A stretch of 64,000 nt of DNA from a virus. The notes under the pieces were generated by a model. That model worked only from the letters and a program-made list of their open reading frames with translations, ran no database searches and was not told the origin of the DNA. Each line of letters opens with the position of its first letter. Position 1 is the stretch's first letter. The position numbers and the translations under genes are program-made. Below, piece by piece: positions 61,548-64,000 of this stretch. The DNA lies in the IMG/VR virus record IMGVR_UViG_3300035527_000189, positions 2,889-66,888 of that record; one strand, written 5' to 3'.

Positions 61548-61928
61548 ATGCACACATCATTAACACATGTAGGGATATATTTAAGAGCAGGTGTGGTGTA
61601 TGATATAACTATACCTGCAACGATAACAAATCTAGGTGGGTTTGCTCCGGCAGTGGGCGAAGACCCTGATGGTGAACCTTATAAGAATGGTTTTTGGATC
61701 GAGAACAAAGAGGTAGGGGAAATAATTGATCAAGATGATACACTTGTTAAAATTTCTTATCATCATAAATTACCTTATGAAAATACAATATGGTTTGTAT
61801 CACAATTAGGGCACAAGGTTCGTTATTCACTGACTAATGTTGCGGTACATGATCATGCTACTATTACTACAGGTGGTCCGGCTTTCGGAACTTATTATAG
61901 TACTCCTTCACCTGAAGGGGGTTCCTAA
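61548..61928 (+). CDS. Hypothetical tail protein
   Basis: RBS aaggaggagg. Confidence 0.6.
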   Translation: MHTSLTHVGIYLRAGVVYDITIPATITNLGGFAPAVGEDPDGEPYKNGFWIENKEVGEIIDQDDTLVKISYHHKLPYENTIWFVSQLGHKVRYSLTNVAVHDHATITTGGPAFGTYYSTPSPEGGS

Positions 61929-62509
61929 TGTCTTCATCATGTTGTTATCTTGTTGGTAATTTTGATGAGTTATCTCTTTCAAATTGTATTATATCTGTTA
62001 ATAATAATATAAATACAGCTTTTAGTTATCAAGGCTGTAGCAACTCTGGGGGTGTAAGGATTGGGACTATAAATATATCTGGCTATGCTGATACTCAACC
62101 CTTTTCTGGTTGTCCTGGTAGAGCGGGAGCCGCAGTTTCGTGGTTAAGAAAATTTGATTGTGAGAACAATGAAGTGCATTTTATATATACTGGTCAAGGA
62201 AGATCTTTTTCTTCTGGAGGAGCTAATAGCTTTGTTTCTTTAGATACCACTTTTGGTGATTCTTCTAGTATTATGAGTGCTTCGGCCCAAAGCGGTCCTA
62301 TGTCTTTGTACCAATCGTATACACAAATTGAAGGTATGGGGCTATCTTATTCAGGACCACCAATTAGTTTTAATACTTCATCAAAATCCGGGTGTGTGGT
62401 TGGTAATATGGGTATAGGAACTGGTGAATATTATTTACAAAACTTTAATTTAGAGGTTGTGCCAGGATCAATACCTGTAGCTAGTTATACTTTTGTATAC
62501 AGACCATAA
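61928..62509 (+). CDS. Hypothetical tail protein (S/G/C-rich)
   Basis: Coupled taATG. Confidence 0.6.
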   Translation: MSSSCCYLVGNFDELSLSNCIISVNNNINTAFSYQGCSNSGGVRIGTINISGYADTQPFSGCPGRAGAAVSWLRKFDCENNEVHFIYTGQGRSFSSGGANSFVSLDTTFGDSSSIMSASAQSGPMSLYQSYTQIEGMGLSYSGPPISFNTSSKSGCVVGNMGIGTGEYYLQNFNLEVVPGSIPVASYTFVYRP

Positions 62510-62532
62510 ATTTTTAAAATAGGAGATTAATT

Positions 62533-62826
62533 ATGACGACTTCAATAACTATAACAGATGCACAATATAGATTAAGGGCAGGAAACCCTATGCCAATAGC
62601 TTCTGCAGGATCATTTGTAATTCACTCTTTTATGGCAGAAACTAATGATATAGATATACACCCTTGTGCTACTGATTTACCATCTAGTTCTGATTTTAGG
62701 GGTCAGGGTGGGGAATTTATTAGTGCCAGTTTTTCTCAATTACCTATTCAAGGTGGAAATTATTTTCAGGGTAAGGTGGTTCATAATCCTAAATATGTAG
62801 AAGAATCAGCTTTGGGGTTTAATTAA
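62533..62826 (+). CDS. Hypothetical tail protein
   Basis: RBS aggag. Confidence 0.6.
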   Translation: MTTSITITDAQYRLRAGNPMPIASAGSFVIHSFMAETNDIDIHPCATDLPSSSDFRGQGGEFISASFSQLPIQGGNYFQGKVVHNPKYVEESALGFN

Positions 62827-63071
62827 TGGCTGATTTTATAGAATGTGGTACTGTAAGTATTAATTATAATATGATGGGCATTGTTACTGTGAACTATACT
62901 GTTATTACTGATAGCCCTAGTATGAGTGTTGTTAGTAATAGTCTATCTTATGGCGGTCAGACTTTTAGTGGTTATATTTCTGATGTTAGTGTACAGTCTT
63001 TGACTAATATGGTAGAAGGTAGTGATGAAAATTGGTATGCGATGAGTGTAACTTTAACCGCTACTACATAA
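62826..63071 (+). CDS. Hypothetical tail protein
   Basis: Coupled taATG; beta-rich. Confidence 0.55.
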   Translation: MADFIECGTVSINYNMMGIVTVNYTVITDSPSMSVVSNSLSYGGQTFSGYISDVSVQSLTNMVEGSDENWYAMSVTLTATT

Positions 63072-63081
63072 AGGAGGTATT

Positions 63082-63303
63082 ATGGCTTGTGGGGGATGTA
63101 GAAAAAGATCAGTTTCTAAAAGTAATCCAAAGTCACCTGATCAGTATGATTTGACTGGTGGCGTAGATATAAAAAGCTTAAATTCAAAACAGATTCAAGC
63201 TAGGCTTGAAGTGTTTAAAAGGAAGTATTGTAAAAATTGTAACTTTAGGTACAGATGTGATTATCCATCTTATTTGGGTTGTAAGGGGATGCACCCTAAA
63301 TAA
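63082..63303 (+). CDS. Small basic Cys-rich protein
   Basis: RBS aaggagg; MACGGC and CKNC..RC...C. Confidence 0.6.
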   Translation: MACGGCRKRSVSKSNPKSPDQYDLTGGVDIKSLNSKQIQARLEVFKRKYCKNCNFRYRCDYPSYLGCKGMHPK

Positions 63304-63306
63304 TTA

Positions 63307-63327
63307 TGTAACTTAATAATATTTAGA
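63307..63327 (+). promoter_or_regulatory. TGTAAC-N10-TTAGA element
   Basis: tgtaac ttaataatat ttaga immediately before RBS aaggag. Confidence 0.5.
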
Positions 63328-63342
63328 AAGGAGAAAAAAATT

Positions 63343-63999
63343 ATGAGCACATCAGTAATAATAGGTAACGCAACTACTGCTAGTTTTGGAGGTGCTTGTG
63401 TTATATCGGCTCAATGGGGGTTTGAGCCTGGAAGACAGGATGCTTTTTGTTTAGGTGATTGGAACCCGTCAACAACCCACACTATTTATAAACCACAGAA
63501 TACTTTAAGTTTGACAATTTATTCTCCTGGCCCTTCTTACTCAACAACACCCTCCAGTTCGTGTGCTGATGCTGGTACATTATCAGCTTCTGTCTCACCT
63601 ACAGGTTGTGGTGGCGGAGTAACTGGTGTAAGTGGGAATTGGCATGTTACTAGTTATAGTTATACTAAAGACAGTAAAGACCAGGTGGCTCAAGAATCTT
63701 GGTCACTTGTTCAGTATAATGGGTTTACAGCTTCGACGCCTGCTGGTAACACTGTACTCCCTACCACTATATTAAGAGGAATTGCTCAGGGCCAAGCTAC
63801 AAATACAGCCTCCACTGGGATATCTTTTTCATCAACTTTTGCTTCAGGTAGTAGTGGTAGTGTATCTGCCGGAGGTATGGGAAAGGCCCAAGAAACCACA
63901 CATGGTGTAGTTTCTAGTGTTGGTGGAGGTTCAGGGGCATTAGTAGCTGATATTGCTACTGGTAGCGCATCTATACCTTATACACCTTTATATATTTAA
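63343..63999 (+). CDS. Hypothetical tail/virion protein (S/T/G-rich)
   Basis: RBS aaggag; complete ORF ending TAA at 63999. Confidence 0.65.
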   Translation: MSTSVIIGNATTASFGGACVISAQWGFEPGRQDAFCLGDWNPSTTHTIYKPQNTLSLTIYSPGPSYSTTPSSSCADAGTLSASVSPTGCGGGVTGVSGNWHVTSYSYTKDSKDQVAQESWSLVQYNGFTASTPAGNTVLPTTILRGIAQGQATNTASTGISFSSTFASGSSGSVSAGGMGKAQETTHGVVSSVGGGSGALVADIATGSASIPYTPLYI

Positions 64000-64000
64000 T

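Overview
AT-rich late (virion morphogenesis) region of a large tailed dsDNA phage, with essentially all genes on the + strand in classical order: terminase C-terminus, portal, prohead protease, scaffold, decoration protein, major capsid protein, fibre/virion proteins, neck/tail-completion genes, major tail protein, tail chaperones, tape measure protein (TMP) and tail-tip genes. No tail sheath gene is recognisable, so a long non-contractile tail is likely. The main result is the 7747-aa TMP (35623-58866), a multi-enzyme polyprotein. Upstream of its tape-measure core it carries a complete collinear set of cellular-type RNA polymerase beta and beta' catalytic motifs (FEDQ, K-x7-K, R-x-P, DFDGDQ) and a RecB/Cas4-type PD-(D/E)XK nuclease. 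Near its C-terminus it carries two tandem HExxH zinc metallopeptidase domains. The second result is six group I introns not shown by the ORF track: four split the major capsid gene (three encode LAGLIDADG endonucleases, one may have a non-canonical C.A 5' splice pair) and two ORF-less ones split the major tail gene. One capsid intron and one tail intron are nearly identical apart from their guide sequences. Two free-standing Hef-like endonucleases flank the intron-bearing genes, and a recurring TAAC-N11/12-TAGA element precedes several transcription units. All family assignments are by-eye motif recognition; no searches were run. No tRNA, rRNA, CRISPR array or DGR was seen.
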